64,000 bases of DNA from a virus (Duplodnaviria > Caudoviricetes), in the IMG/VR virus record IMGVR_UViG_3300010352_001543; one strand, given 5' to 3'. This document shows, one piece after another, positions 44,735 to 56,069 of the stretch; within the stretch, counting starts at the first letter, position 1, and each line of letters opens with the position of its first letter. The notes beneath the pieces were generated by a model, which was not told where the DNA came from, did no database searches, and saw only the letters and a list, made by a program, of their open reading frames with translations. Both the position numbers and the translations under genes were made by a program.

Positions 44735-47700
44735 TGATCCATCCCATCTAAAGTAGTTTGTAATTCATCGTATATTGATGGTTCGATGCGAAATCCATAA
44801 CGTTTATAAAATTCTGCTACTTTACCATAATCTGTTACAATAGTTGCTTGATGATCGTCATATAAAAGTGAAAAAACCAATTTTTTTCTATTTTTAAATT
44901 TTTCATCAAATGAATCTTTACTTATATTTTTTAAACCAATTTTCATATCAAATGATGCCCAATTACATATAGCATACAAATCTTTGTATTTAGTAATTTG
45001 TTTATGTAAATATGTAGGTGATTCTATCTTGACAGGACATCTCATTTTCAAAATATAATATCGAGTTCCTGCGATATCTAACCTTGGAGGAATTACTTCA
45101 GAGAACTGTATTATACGCATAATATTTGCTAAAAAATTGAAAAATTCCTCTATTTTTTCAATAGGTTCATTATTGTCTGGATAAGGTAATCTAAGTGTTA
45201 ATTCATCCATATTTACAATCTTGCCGTCTCTAATACCTTCATAATTATGTCTGAAAGAATAATCGTAATATTCTATTAAGTGAAGATAATCAATAGCTTC
45301 GGCTACTGTTGTTTTTTGTTTTAATGTAAACATTTTAATTTTCCTTGTTGTTTAAATTATAAATTTCTAACGCTTTTTTATTTGTATATGTTCCATCATC
45401 ATTCAAAATATATTCATCTGAATTTTTTAATTCATCTATGGTCAAAGTTTGGTATGACTTTGACCAAGTTCCATCACCAGGAACCCACGGCATCTTTACT
45501 TCTATCATAGTCTTTCCTTCTTTGGCAAGTATTGCGTTTTCTGCTTCAAAGTGACTCATTCCAGTAGTAGCGCATAACGTTTCAATATCATAATGATATT
45601 GTTCAAATTTAGGTGAATGAGAATTGTCTTCTGGATTGTAGGTGAAAACTACTCCACGATTTCGTTCTTCTATAGTAAAATTAGTTATGCCACTATTTAA
45701 ATATTGCCTGAATTTCATATGAACATCCAGACCAGATTCATAGTATATTGAAGTATTAATTATAATAGAAGCACATTCCCAATTATCTAATTCATAGTTT
45801 TCTGAATTTGCCCTTACACTTATAACTTTGTCATTCAAATGATTATTCAATATATCTTTGATAGTATTTGAATAATCTTTAATGCTATCTGATGATACCG
45901 GTGTTACAGTAGGATCTAATTCTTCTAATTCAGTATTAATATCCATACTAAATCCGACAGTGTTTTTAATTCTTTCTTTCATTTTTTTAATTTTTCTTAT
46001 ATTTTATAAATTTATTTCTCTTCCACAAATTTCTTCCAGTTCTTCATGGTATATCCATTTTTTGGCTATGAGTGATTCAATGCCCATATCATCAGTTGTT
46101 TTGTTGATAATAAAACCATCGTCACTATCGTCACCACAAACACAATAAATTGTCAGTTTCTTATCATCTGGCATTTCTTTACCATCCGGACCATATATCG
46201 AATTAAAATCATCTAAATGGTCATAACATAATCCAATAATAAGATCATTCTCTTTGTCTTTTTCGGTATATGGCATTACAAACATACTCCTTGTACATCT
46301 TCTATTTTTGTTATGATCCCTTTTCTTTTTTTGGTTTCTAAATAGGTGTTTAGTACAGAGGGAATATCTGTTATTGGTGAATCAGTGTAAAAATGACCAG
46401 TACTTTGTTTAACATTTCCAGTGCTTCCATCATCCATTTTTGCAATTGTATAATAATTTACTTTATAACTCATTTCATTATTCCATATTGTTTAAATCTA
46501 TTAAAACATCATCATCAGAATAACTATTTTCATATATAATATCAGTTATTCTTTTCATATATCGTTCTGTATCTGGTATCATCTGAACGTTACCACATTC
46601 AATTATAACCGCATCAATTTCTTCTTTTGGAGTACCTTGCTCTGTAGCAACTTTCTTAAATTCATCCAATAATATCATAGTATTTTCGATGGGTATGAAC
46701 TCAATTAACTTATGTTCGACACTTTTCCAATTGAATTTTACTAATTTTGTTACTTTTCTATAATCTTCCATTTTCTTAATCCTTATTTTTTAATTCTTTC
46801 ACATTTTTCACATTTATAATAACTATGACCATCTAAATAAACTTTACTAATAAGATAATAATCATGAATACAAAACGTTTGTTTAATTAATTTACGAAAC
46901 CACAATATTAAATCACCTATCATATTATATCTCCATTATACCAAAATAATTCTCCATTACTATCCGATAAATTAGATTTATTAGTGGTAACTGATTCATT
47001 TTCTTCTAATAAATAATCATCAACTTCTTTTGTATATTCATCCAACTTAACTATGGCTCCTTGATAAGAACATTCTATTTTTTCTGGAATAATTTCATTA
47101 TCCACCATATCATGAAAATAAGTTAATAAATTTCGAATACATCTCAATTCGATTAAATCTTTAAATTCCATATTGATTAATTTCCTATATAATCCCAAAA
47201 TTTTAATGTCCAAATTAATAACACAATTGCGGTAAATAAAGGTAATATAGATGATATAAATAATTTACGTTTATTTACTACGTAATTACTCCATACACCT
47301 TGTTTTACATCCATATCAACTAAAGAGATTATGGATAATGTTAACAAAATTGCGTAAATTGCAATACCTAAATTAGTCCATGTCAAGATTTCCATATTAT
47401 TTACTCTGTTTAATCCAAATATCATACATACTATTAAAATCTCTAAAAACTTCTCCAAAGAACAATCCACCATCTTCAAAATCTAAGGGTTGATTTCTTA
47501 TCTTAGCTGACTCAATAATACATTTTATAAATTCTACATAGTTTCTCGTTTCTTCACTTATGATGTGATAAAATGGTAATGGTGGAAGCGAAAATACATC
47601 GAGTTTATCATTAGGTAATATTGGTCGGTTTAATAATTCCGAAGAAGTTATCAATAGTTCCATTTTTTTAACAAAATCTTTTGTTACTGTAGTTAATTTA

Positions 47701-49142
47701 GCTTCCTTTTCCATTTCATATTCAGCTTCAATTTGTTCTGCTGTTTTTCTATTTGCTTTATCAAAAAACAAATATCCTATTGCATCACCTATCCAACTCA
47801 TTATATAATTCCAAAATATTTAAAAATTTGTACTCCTGCATATAAAATGCAGAATATCGGAACTAATTTTCCCATAATCTGACAGAAAATTGTAAAAATA
47901 TTATTTGGTCCTCTTACTTTCAAAAAGAAAATAACCAAAGCTATCACTATTACCGCAAAGTGGTAAATTAATGTTATTGTGTTCATTATCTAAACCTCTA
48001 TATTTCTATTTCTTAAAATCTGACATACGTCCGATGCTTCATTTTTATTACTACATCGGCATATAATATTTTTAGAATTGTAAAAATTATATACTAAAAA
48101 ATATGGTACTTGTTCTTTTAATGTTTTTGTGATTGTGTTATTATGAGAATAATCGACTTTCCAAACGAACGGTAAGTAATCCATATTTGGAAGAGGATTC
48201 TTATCAACATCAATTTTGTGTTCATTTAAGAAAACATAAAGTTTATGAGCTTGCTTTTTATCACCAGAACTATAGATAACCTTTTTAGGGTCATTCCTTT
48301 CACAAATAACATAGGTATGTTCACAATCTTCTTCTGTTCGTATATCATTGTTAAATGTTATCATATCTCTCATTTGATATCGCCACTTCTTAATATCTTC
48401 AATTGTCAAACTTTCATAAGTTTTCTTAGCATCTTCTAATGAGAATTGTTGGTCATTTAGATTATTACAAATTTCATTTGCTTCTTCTTCAGTTTTTCGA
48501 TAACAAATAATGTCCTCATAATTACCTTCTTCTAAAGTCTTGTATGGTAGATACACATACCACGGAACGTCTGATCGTACTACAGATTTTGCAACAAGAT
48601 ATTCCAGTGTTTTATCTACGGTTGGTCTAATTCCACAATTCCACTCATACATCCGAACAAGATATTCAATTTTCTCTTCGGTCGTCATTTTATCTAATTC
48701 TTTCCGTTTCATTTTACCGCTTGTTCTTTTCTATTATTTGTTTTTCTAATTGTAATATTAATTGGTTAATTACCATATTATGAGTATCAATTCCAAACTG
48801 AGCATTAACATCCAATATTTGTTCCAATGAAACTTGCATCGTTGCTTTTACTCCTTTTTCTTCCAGCGAAAGGGTCATTACTCTGCTTCGTGGTAGAAGT
48901 CTATCAATGCTGGTATCCGGTTGACCTATAAATAAAATATGACTATCTTTTAACTCGATTGGTTTATCATTATTGAACCCAACTACAATTTGAAACCATT
49001 TGTAGCCTGATTCTGAACTATAAGTTCTAACCAATGATTCTGGATCTAATTGGTTCAATCCCATTATTTTATTAGTTACGTCATTATAGATTATTTCAAA
49101 GGCTAATCTATCTTTACCTGTTAAATCTTCACATACTGTCAT
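44731..49142 (-). CDS. Run of about 12 hypothetical proteins, including two small membrane proteins (47177..47479, 47801..47986)
   Basis: Co-oriented ORFs downstream of promoter copy 11. Confidence 0.55.
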
Positions 49143-49189
49143 TATAGAATGTCCGTATTTAATTTTAAAATATTTTGTTATTTAATTAA

Positions 49190-49257
49190 GACGATATAGA
49201 TATAATTTTATTGTAACAAAAAGAAAGAATTTTCAAAATAAATTGAAAATTCTTTCT
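49190..49257 (-). promoter_or_regulatory. Terminator-hairpin plus promoter cassette, copy 11
   Basis: Same motif and hairpin. Confidence 0.75.
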
Positions 49258-49276
49258 GTTTTATATTTTGTTTTAT

Positions 49277-49468
49277 TTAGGCAAAGTTTTCTTCACAGAA
49301 TAGGTTACCATCATAAAACATAATTTCACCTTCTTCATCGAATTCTATTACGTAAGACGCGGTTAAGTCAATTCCGTAGTCTTCTTCGAATTCGGATAGA
49401 ATTATCAAAGCTTTTCTTTTTGCTTCGTCGCTTAATTCATTTAGTCTGTATACGTTTAATGTTCTCAT
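49277..49468 (-). CDS. Small acidic hypothetical protein flanked by two cassettes
   Basis: ORF with RBS; LSDEAK..A motif. Confidence 0.65.
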   Translation of the reverse strand: MRTLNVYRLNELSDEAKRKALIILSEFEEDYGIDLTASYVIEFDEEGEIMFYDGNLFCEENFA

Positions 49469-49516
49469 TTTTTTAAATCCTAAAGTTATTAGTTTGTAAT
49501 TAATTTATATAATATA

Positions 49517-49583
49517 GACGTCGCTAATGGAATTTTATTGTAAACAAAAAGAAAGAATTTTCAAAATAAATTAAAAATTCTTT
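49517..49583 (-). promoter_or_regulatory. Terminator-hairpin plus promoter cassette, copy 12
   Basis: Same motif and hairpin. Confidence 0.75.
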
Positions 49584-49605
49584 AAATACTACTATTTTAT
49601 TCTTT

Positions 49606-50190
49606 CTAAACCATCTTTTGGATCTGTTCAAATTCATCATCATAATCACTGAACCAGTCGGCCACCTGAGAAATCAAATCTTTTAAGTTTTCTTTCCATT
49701 TTTGGATTATGTCAGCTATTCCTTCGTCGACAGTATCTTTCTTGACTGAAGATAGTTTGGAAACGGTTCTAACTGTTGTTGTACATTCCTCTATCAACTC
49801 ATCCGCTATTTTCTTGAGCTTAGGAGTTAATTTTTCATAGATAGCTTTGAACAATTTTTCATAGTTCACTTTTTTAGATTCTGATTCAGCGCTGAAGGTC
49901 ACTGCAAATTCCTCCAGTTGTATCACCCGTGTCATGAATTCATCACCAACATCAAAAAAGTCAGTTCCTAATTTTTTCACTTCTGCTTTCAGTGGTTCCT
50001 GTTCTTTGGTGAACTTTTTGATTTTTATATCAAGTTCATAGAACTCGGAAATTAGTTTTTTCATTTCCCTTGTCTGCTTGTTTGACTTTTGAAAAGAGGC
50101 AAACAACTTCTTAGTTGTTTCCGTGTATTTTATTAACTTGTTATCCAATCGGGATTCATTTATAAATTCACAAAATTTTAATACTTTCAT
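49606..50190 (-). CDS. Helical protein with capsid-targeting-like leader (MKVLKFCEFINE)
   Basis: Leader motif. Confidence 0.65.
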   Translation of the reverse strand: MKVLKFCEFINESRLDNKLIKYTETTKKLFASFQKSNKQTREMKKLISEFYELDIKIKKFTKEQEPLKAEVKKLGTDFFDVGDEFMTRVIQLEEFAVTFSAESESKKVNYEKLFKAIYEKLTPKLKKIADELIEECTTTVRTVSKLSSVKKDTVDEGIADIIQKWKENLKDLISQVADWFSDYDDEFEQIQKMV

Positions 50191-50192
50191 TT

Positions 50193-50696
50193 TTATTTAT
50201 TATTTTTAAACTTAATATCTTTAAAATTACTTACCAACAATTCATATAAACCGTTGAAATTTTCCTCATAGTCAATATCAAAATGTTCTTCCCACCAGTT
50301 TTCACTAAAATCTGATATTTCGTCTTCTGATTGGTTTTCATATAAATTTACAACGATAATATATTTATGTAATTGTTTAATATCTTTAAAAACCTGTTCC
50401 TCCATTTCATCCCGAACTTTCCTGCCATTTAATGAAGTTCCGGAGTAATCGTATTGGAAAGGTTCGATTTTATAGTTATTAGACAACTTATCACCATCTA
50501 TTTCTAAACGAACCGGATACTCGGAAGCTATTGTTTTTATAGCATTTTTATCTCTTGTAAATGAAATCGTTCCATGATTATACGATACTTTTAGGATATC
50601 GCTTTCTAATATTTTTAGAAGGTTATCAATTGTAGTATGATGATACAATACTCCAACTTGTTTATTCTCATTTATAAAATCAGCTAAGGATTTCAT
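50193..50696 (-). CDS. ADP-ribosyltransferase-fold protein with leader (MKSLADFINE)
   Basis: LYHHT...L.KIL.S..L, ISFTR, EMEE motif order. Confidence 0.55.
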   Translation of the reverse strand: MKSLADFINENKQVGVLYHHTTIDNLLKILESDILKVSYNHGTISFTRDKNAIKTIASEYPVRLEIDGDKLSNNYKIEPFQYDYSGTSLNGRKVRDEMEEQVFKDIKQLHKYIIVVNLYENQSEDEISDFSENWWEEHFDIDYEENFNGLYELLVSNFKDIKFKNNK

Positions 50697-50700
50697 TTTT

Positions 50701-50907
50701 TTATTTATTATTTTTTACAAGGCGTTTAGCACCCTTAACTTCTTCTTTTAGAAATTCATATGCTTCTTTGTAATCCTGAGATCCCATCAACTCGGCATAA
50801 CTCCATACCATTTGAGACAGAATGCTCTTAGAGCAACTGTCTATTAAAACTGCCATTTTTTGCTGATAAACCTCTTGTTCATCATCTGCTTCGTTTAAGT
50901 ATTCCAT
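50701..50907 (-). CDS. Small protein with short leader (MEYLNE)
   Basis: ORF. Confidence 0.55.
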   Translation of the reverse strand: MEYLNEADDEQEVYQQKMAVLIDSCSKSILSQMVWSYAELMGSQDYKEAYEFLKEEVKGAKRLVKNNK

Positions 50908-50918
50908 CTTTCTTTCTA

Positions 50919-51818
50919 TTATTTTACAAACATATTAATCATGCTTTGTATCATATCTAACGTACCACTTATAGTAAAATATTTCAGATGTCCTTTTTGA
51001 ATATTTTTACTATTATCCGAAATGAATTTCTTTAAATCATTATTCATAGGAAATGATTCTAAAACAGCTACAGCGAAATCAGAATCCATGATTAATATCA
51101 TTTTTTTAATATTTTCTATATCCGAATATGAACTCTTTATATCAGCTTTCAAGTAATCTAATATTTTTCGTTCTTTTTTCCATTCACTGTCCATGATGTC
51201 TAAATCAACTTCAGCTTCTACCTCACCATTTTCTATACTGAAAATATAAGAATCCAATGACATAATAGTAACGTCATATTCTCCACCAAGTAAAACTACT
51301 TCATCCTCTCCTTCATCGTAAAAATCTAAGTTTGTTAAATCTACTAAAATTTCTTCTGGACGAGCAACATAAAAAACAAGAACTCCAATTCCTATTAAAT
51401 CACCTTCTTCGTAATCATTATCTAAAAATTCTGTATTATCAACCCATCTCTTTTCAAGACTGTCATATTTTGGATTAGCGAATTGTTTTGCAACAGTTGG
51501 ACTTTTTGTCCATGAGGTAGGACTTTTATGTTTTATTTTTACTTTGGTTCCTCTTTTTAATTTTGATAAATCGGTTCCGAAAAAATCTCTGAGATCAGAT
51601 TCGGTTTTGAATTTATAACCTCTCATTAACTTCATACTACTCAGATTTTTTGAAAAATGTCGTAATTCAGAATCAACTCTTCGAGTATACTCTCGCAATG
51701 CCCTTGTACTACCCTCCATCCAACTATTTAAAAAATCTATTGTTGGTTCAGTTAGGAATTGCTTTTTTATTTTCATACTTTCTATGACAAATTCACTAAA
51801 ATTAAAAATTCTTGACAT
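50919..51818 (-). CDS. R-S-E type ADP-ribosyltransferase with leader (MSRIFNFSEFVIE); start corrected to 51818
   Basis: LMRG, PTSWT...VAKQFA, EDEVVL. Confidence 0.7.
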   Translation of the reverse strand: MSRIFNFSEFVIESMKIKKQFLTEPTIDFLNSWMEGSTRALREYTRRVDSELRHFSKNLSSMKLMRGYKFKTESDLRDFFGTDLSKLKRGTKVKIKHKSPTSWTKSPTVAKQFANPKYDSLEKRWVDNTEFLDNDYEEGDLIGIGVLVFYVARPEEILVDLTNLDFYDEGEDEVVLLGGEYDVTIMSLDSYIFSIENGEVEAEVDLDIMDSEWKKERKILDYLKADIKSSYSDIENIKKMILIMDSDFAVAVLESFPMNNDLKKFISDNSKNIQKGHLKYFTISGTLDMIQSMINMFVK

Positions 51819-51823
51819 ATGTT

Positions 51824-52276
51824 TTATTTGAGTAATTTTTCTATTGCTTGTTTTTCTTTCTTGGAAACTTCTACTACTATTTCCAGGCAACCCAGTTCTT
51901 CCATTGCTTTTGTTCGGTGACGACCATCAGAATATGAAATTCCGTCTTTACCTTTGAGATCTATCAAAGGAGCTTCCAACAACCAATCTTTTTTATCTTG
52001 TTTTGGAAGATTAACTATTCGGCTTACAAAATCAATGTATCCCTGTATTCTCCCGCCTAACGACATGTTTCTATCAACTACAAATTCTGGATCTGTCTCC
52101 GCGTGAATATGAAGCAAATTTTTAACATTAACAATAATGAAACAATCGTTTGAATGTCTAAGTTTAAAATTTTTCAAGTCCAGTAGATAATCTCTGATCA
52201 ATTGAGTATCAGTGGACGGTTCTATTTCTTTTAAGTACACTTCGTTTAGAAACTCCTTAAATTTTAAAACATTCAT
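51824..52276 (-). CDS. ParB/Srx-like domain protein with leader (MNVLKFKEFLNE); start corrected to 52276
   Basis: P.I.......DGRHR..A..ELG. Confidence 0.6.
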   Translation of the reverse strand: MNVLKFKEFLNEVYLKEIEPSTDTQLIRDYLLDLKNFKLRHSNDCFIIVNVKNLLHIHAETDPEFVVDRNMSLGGRIQGYIDFVSRIVNLPKQDKKDWLLEAPLIDLKGKDGISYSDGRHRTKAMEELGCLEIVVEVSKKEKQAIEKLLK

Positions 52277-53137
52277 TTTAAGTTCTTTTTCTTTATATAT
52301 TCGCTTTAGCCGCTTCAACTATTTCTTGAATTGTCTTCTTGTCTTTTAGTAATTCTTTGATTCCGAAATCCTTTGCAAACGCTCTCATGATTTTTTTCTC
52401 GTTCGGTCTTTTTACATCATCTTCGTTTTCATAAATATCAACATCAAAAATATAATTTATGTTCTTGTCGATCATGATTTGAACTATGTATTTAATATAT
52501 TCAAAATAAATTTGCTTTTGATTATTATGGACCAATTCAGGTTTATTAATAAATTCAAAAGGATCTGCTATTACCGCTTCCGGGTAGATTCCTTGAAGCA
52601 TTTTCTTGGCTGATTTAAATTTCTTTTCATTTAAAATCCGGGTCGATTCAATATGTCCTATCAATTGTATTCTTTTTTGTTCTTTCATTAAAATCCTTAT
52701 CGTTTGTTTTTAAGTTCTTGCTATCAATACAATAGCTAATGCAAGAACTACCATAATTAATACAAAGAGTGCTTCATTCTTTTGCTCTTTGTTTAGCTTG
52801 TTTATTATTTTCATTTTTTCTCCAAATATCTAACCTATATGCTTTACCTTTTCCGGCGTCTTCTGATGATTTAATTCCATAAGGAAAGCACATATTTAAA
52901 ATAAATCTTTTGTTGTAGATCATAGTAAATCCTTCTCTTTCGAAATCGTACCATCCCCAATAATCAGAGGTTGGAATATCTTTTTCGTTTTCTAAGATTT
53001 CTTGATTTTCCGAAATCTTCATCTCAACTTCTACAATATCTTCTGCCTTTTTGCCATACAATGAAGCAGTTATTGGACTAATTCCAAAATCAAAAAACTC
53101 ACCATCTTCATGCACTATAACATTTTCATTGAATATT

Positions 53138-53827
53138 TTATCTTTCATCGTCTTCTCTAATCTCAAATATTTCCAATTCGTCTAAATTTATAAAATTGCA
53201 TTGTTCGGTGTAGTTCCTATCACTTTGATGAAAATGCCCGGACACCCACCACTTGCAGTTGCTTTGGCTATAAATTTTTTCTATAAGTTTTCTTTCACTT
53301 ATCAAATCTTTAGCTAATTTTTCATCCTTAGTTAACCAGTAATCCAAAACAATGGATGATGGTATTTTAGCAAAGTACATTGGTGTCGGAACATGGGTAA
53401 CTAAAATATCACAACTACAATCGAAATTCTTAGGAATTCTTTTTATAGTTTCATTCTTCCACCAACTAACATCAGGTATTCTGCTTTTCCTATCCAATGA
53501 AATTCCTCCACCAACAAACAGAACAACCTTTCCTTCGATTGTTAATTTGGTATAATCATCAACGAAACAAATATTAGGATAATCAGAAGCTCCTCCGCTC
53601 CAATATGCTGGGTTATCGTGATTGCCTCTAACTACATAAAGAAGACAGTGATTTTCAACTAAACAATCACTTAATCTTTTTAAGTTTATTATATCAAGAT
53701 GATCATAAATATCGGAAACAAACCCCACTCCTATGTCTCCAACCTGGATTATTGTTTCATTTTGACAATTTTTTATCAATTCGATAAAAGTCAAAAATTT
53801 TCCGTGTATATCTCCTACATATATCAA
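53138..53827 (-). CDS. Calcineurin-like metallophosphoesterase
   Basis: GDIHG, VGD, RGNHD, VTH, GHFH. Confidence 0.9.
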   Translation of the reverse strand: MIYVGDIHGKFLTFIELIKNCQNETIIQVGDIGVGFVSDIYDHLDIINLKRLSDCLVENHCLLYVVRGNHDNPAYWSGGASDYPNICFVDDYTKLTIEGKVVLFVGGGISLDRKSRIPDVSWWKNETIKRIPKNFDCSCDILVTHVPTPMYFAKIPSSIVLDYWLTKDEKLAKDLISERKLIEKIYSQSNCKWWVSGHFHQSDRNYTEQCNFINLDELEIFEIREDDER

Positions 53828-54069
53828 CTGTTTACTCCATCCATTTTCATTTTTCTAAACATAACATGACCAGCTATTTTCGTCTTCAAACCAGTCTAAT
53901 TCTTCTAAACGTTTTATGTCTTTTTCATCAGTCACCATTTCGTAACATCCTATCCATAGCTGAACATGTTCAGCTACAACACCACTATCGCCATTGTGTT
54001 TAGTTTTCCATTCATGAACATACTTGTTAATTATATTCAATCCTTCTAATAATCTTTCAATACTCATTT

Positions 54070-55164
54070 CTAATCCTTATTAATTTTTAAATCATATACT
54101 TGGCTAAGTATTTTTACCTTTGCTCTTCCAAGACCCCTGATATTATTTATTGTAGGACAAGCTACATAAACGACGCCTTCTGCAGGATGATCATTAGGAT
54201 ATTTTAATTCATTAGATATTTTCAAACCTTCTTCTAATGAAGGCAGTTTATCAATAAATAATCGAGGAACAGTTTCTATATCACACATCCAAAGAAATCT
54301 TATGAATTTATCATAGTCAATAAAACCTACATATTTTTCTGAAACTATATAAATATCAAATGCGTAAAATTTCTTTTCTGTTAAACCCATTCTATTTTTT
54401 TGGATACCTGGACCACAAATTTCACCCTGTAGAACCAATTTTTCAATTTTTCCATAATCATCTAAAATGCCATTAATAGATTCATATAACATATTTGTAG
54501 TGCAGTATTTGAAATTTACCAACATCCTACCAAAAATATTGTACTTCTTTTCGACTTCATGATAAAATGATGTTTCATTTTTAGTAATATCAAGATTTCT
54601 ACTACATATAATTCGTTGATTTTCTTCATCTTCTAAAAAATCAATCATGTAACTGGCTGATGTACCATCCATTTTCATTGTGGCATACCATTTCATATCT
54701 TTCAAAGGTTCTAAAATTCTAATAACATTTTGGTATCTTTCAGCATCTGATTTTTCTGCCCAAGCCGGCCAATTTTTTCCACCACGAGGACTATTCATCT
54801 GACCCTCTTCTGGAGGTTCATATTTTATTATACCAAAATGATCAGCATAATCCTCACCAACTTCAGCATTTTCAGGAGCATCAACTATTAAACCTTGGCT
54901 GAAAATTTGACGTAATTTAATTGTTTTGATTCTCGCCATACCATTTAATCGAGCATCTTTTACTAAAAATTCAAACTCTGGACGATTAACTGGAACTAAA
55001 GAATCAACTGGAACATAAACTACTTTTTCACCTATACTGCGTTTTCCTAATTTATCTATACAAGTCCAACCTATTTCATTGAACGTAATAATATCTAATG
55101 AATCTGCATTTGGGTGTTTTTCTACTGTTTGTACTGTTACACAAGGCACACTAAATATACTCAT
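54070..55164 (-). CDS. ATP-dependent RNA ligase, DRB0094 (Rnl5/Rnl2-like) family
   Basis: HPNADSL N-domain, SQGL, KMDGTS, QGEICGPGIQKN, FDI, EGVV. Confidence 0.88.
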   Translation of the reverse strand: MSIFSVPCVTVQTVEKHPNADSLDIITFNEIGWTCIDKLGKRSIGEKVVYVPVDSLVPVNRPEFEFLVKDARLNGMARIKTIKLRQIFSQGLIVDAPENAEVGEDYADHFGIIKYEPPEEGQMNSPRGGKNWPAWAEKSDAERYQNVIRILEPLKDMKWYATMKMDGTSASYMIDFLEDEENQRIICSRNLDITKNETSFYHEVEKKYNIFGRMLVNFKYCTTNMLYESINGILDDYGKIEKLVLQGEICGPGIQKNRMGLTEKKFYAFDIYIVSEKYVGFIDYDKFIRFLWMCDIETVPRLFIDKLPSLEEGLKISNELKYPNDHPAEGVVYVACPTINNIRGLGRAKVKILSQVYDLKINKD

Positions 55165-55166
55165 AT

Positions 55167-55478
55167 CTAATCCTTCTCAATTATAATCTTTCCATTTTTG
55201 ATTATGCTATCGACCATCCAGTCGTAACCCATAATTCCGTTTGATTTCTTTTTTATTTTAGTAGCTGTTGCGGAGTCACATTTTTTAACTTGTATGTTGG
55301 CTCCCCATCCATCATCCCAACGATAATAAAAATTTGCTTCTTCTTTACCATTAAGAACTCGATCAACTACTTTTTTCTCTACTTTTCTAAATACAAAGTG
55401 GAGATTTTTTGCTCCTGTCCAAACTCCATTCCAACTTCCGCAGTTAGGCATGGTGAGTTCAAAACTTAATATATTCAT
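55167..55478 (-). CDS. Conserved phage protein (SWNG.W...DGW.A family)
   Basis: FELTMPNCGSWNGVWTG, WDDGWGA, GYDWMVDSI. Confidence 0.65.
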   Translation of the reverse strand: MNILSFELTMPNCGSWNGVWTGAKNLHFVFRKVEKKVVDRVLNGKEEANFYYRWDDGWGANIQVKKCDSATATKIKKKSNGIMGYDWMVDSIIKNGKIIIEKD

Positions 55479-55512
55479 TTTTGTTATTCCTTAAACGTTG
55501 TATATAAATATA

Positions 55513-55537
55513 GACAAACTAAACAAACTTTTATTGT
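55513..55537 (-). promoter_or_regulatory. Promoter motif copy 13 (variant TGTC)
   Basis: ACAATAAAA-N12-TGTCTATA. Confidence 0.55.
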
Positions 55538-56069
55538 CTTTAAATTTGTATTTTCTGGCCATTGTAGTTAAATATTTGAATCATCGACTTGGCTATTTCA
55601 CTTCTACCAAAATCTTCAAAAGTGAAGTTGAAGAATAGATGACTCATTACTTTCAATTTTAGTTCTTTGGGTAGATCAAAAGGATTATCATATTCTAAGT
55701 ACCAAGTTGTTTGTTCATATGCATCATAAATCATATCTTTTAATTTTGTGCAGTGTTCAATATCTACACTATAGTTATGGCATGCTGGATTATTTTTACA
55801 TTCTTGTCTATGTGATTTTGTCATATTGTCCTTTGTTGTATTTCTTGAACAAAATCTTGTAATATATGTAACCGAACAGCTGATTTACTTCTGGTGTATC
55901 CGGATTGAGCCATAGAATCAAAACACGGCTGACAAATCCATCCGGAGGTCTTTTCACCGGTCCAATTGTCTATACACTCTATAAATTGACCATGTCCTCC
56001 ATCAGCGTGGTTCTTGCATGACGGAACTAAACATTTCATTTTTTCTCTCATGTCTTTCTCTCTTAATAA

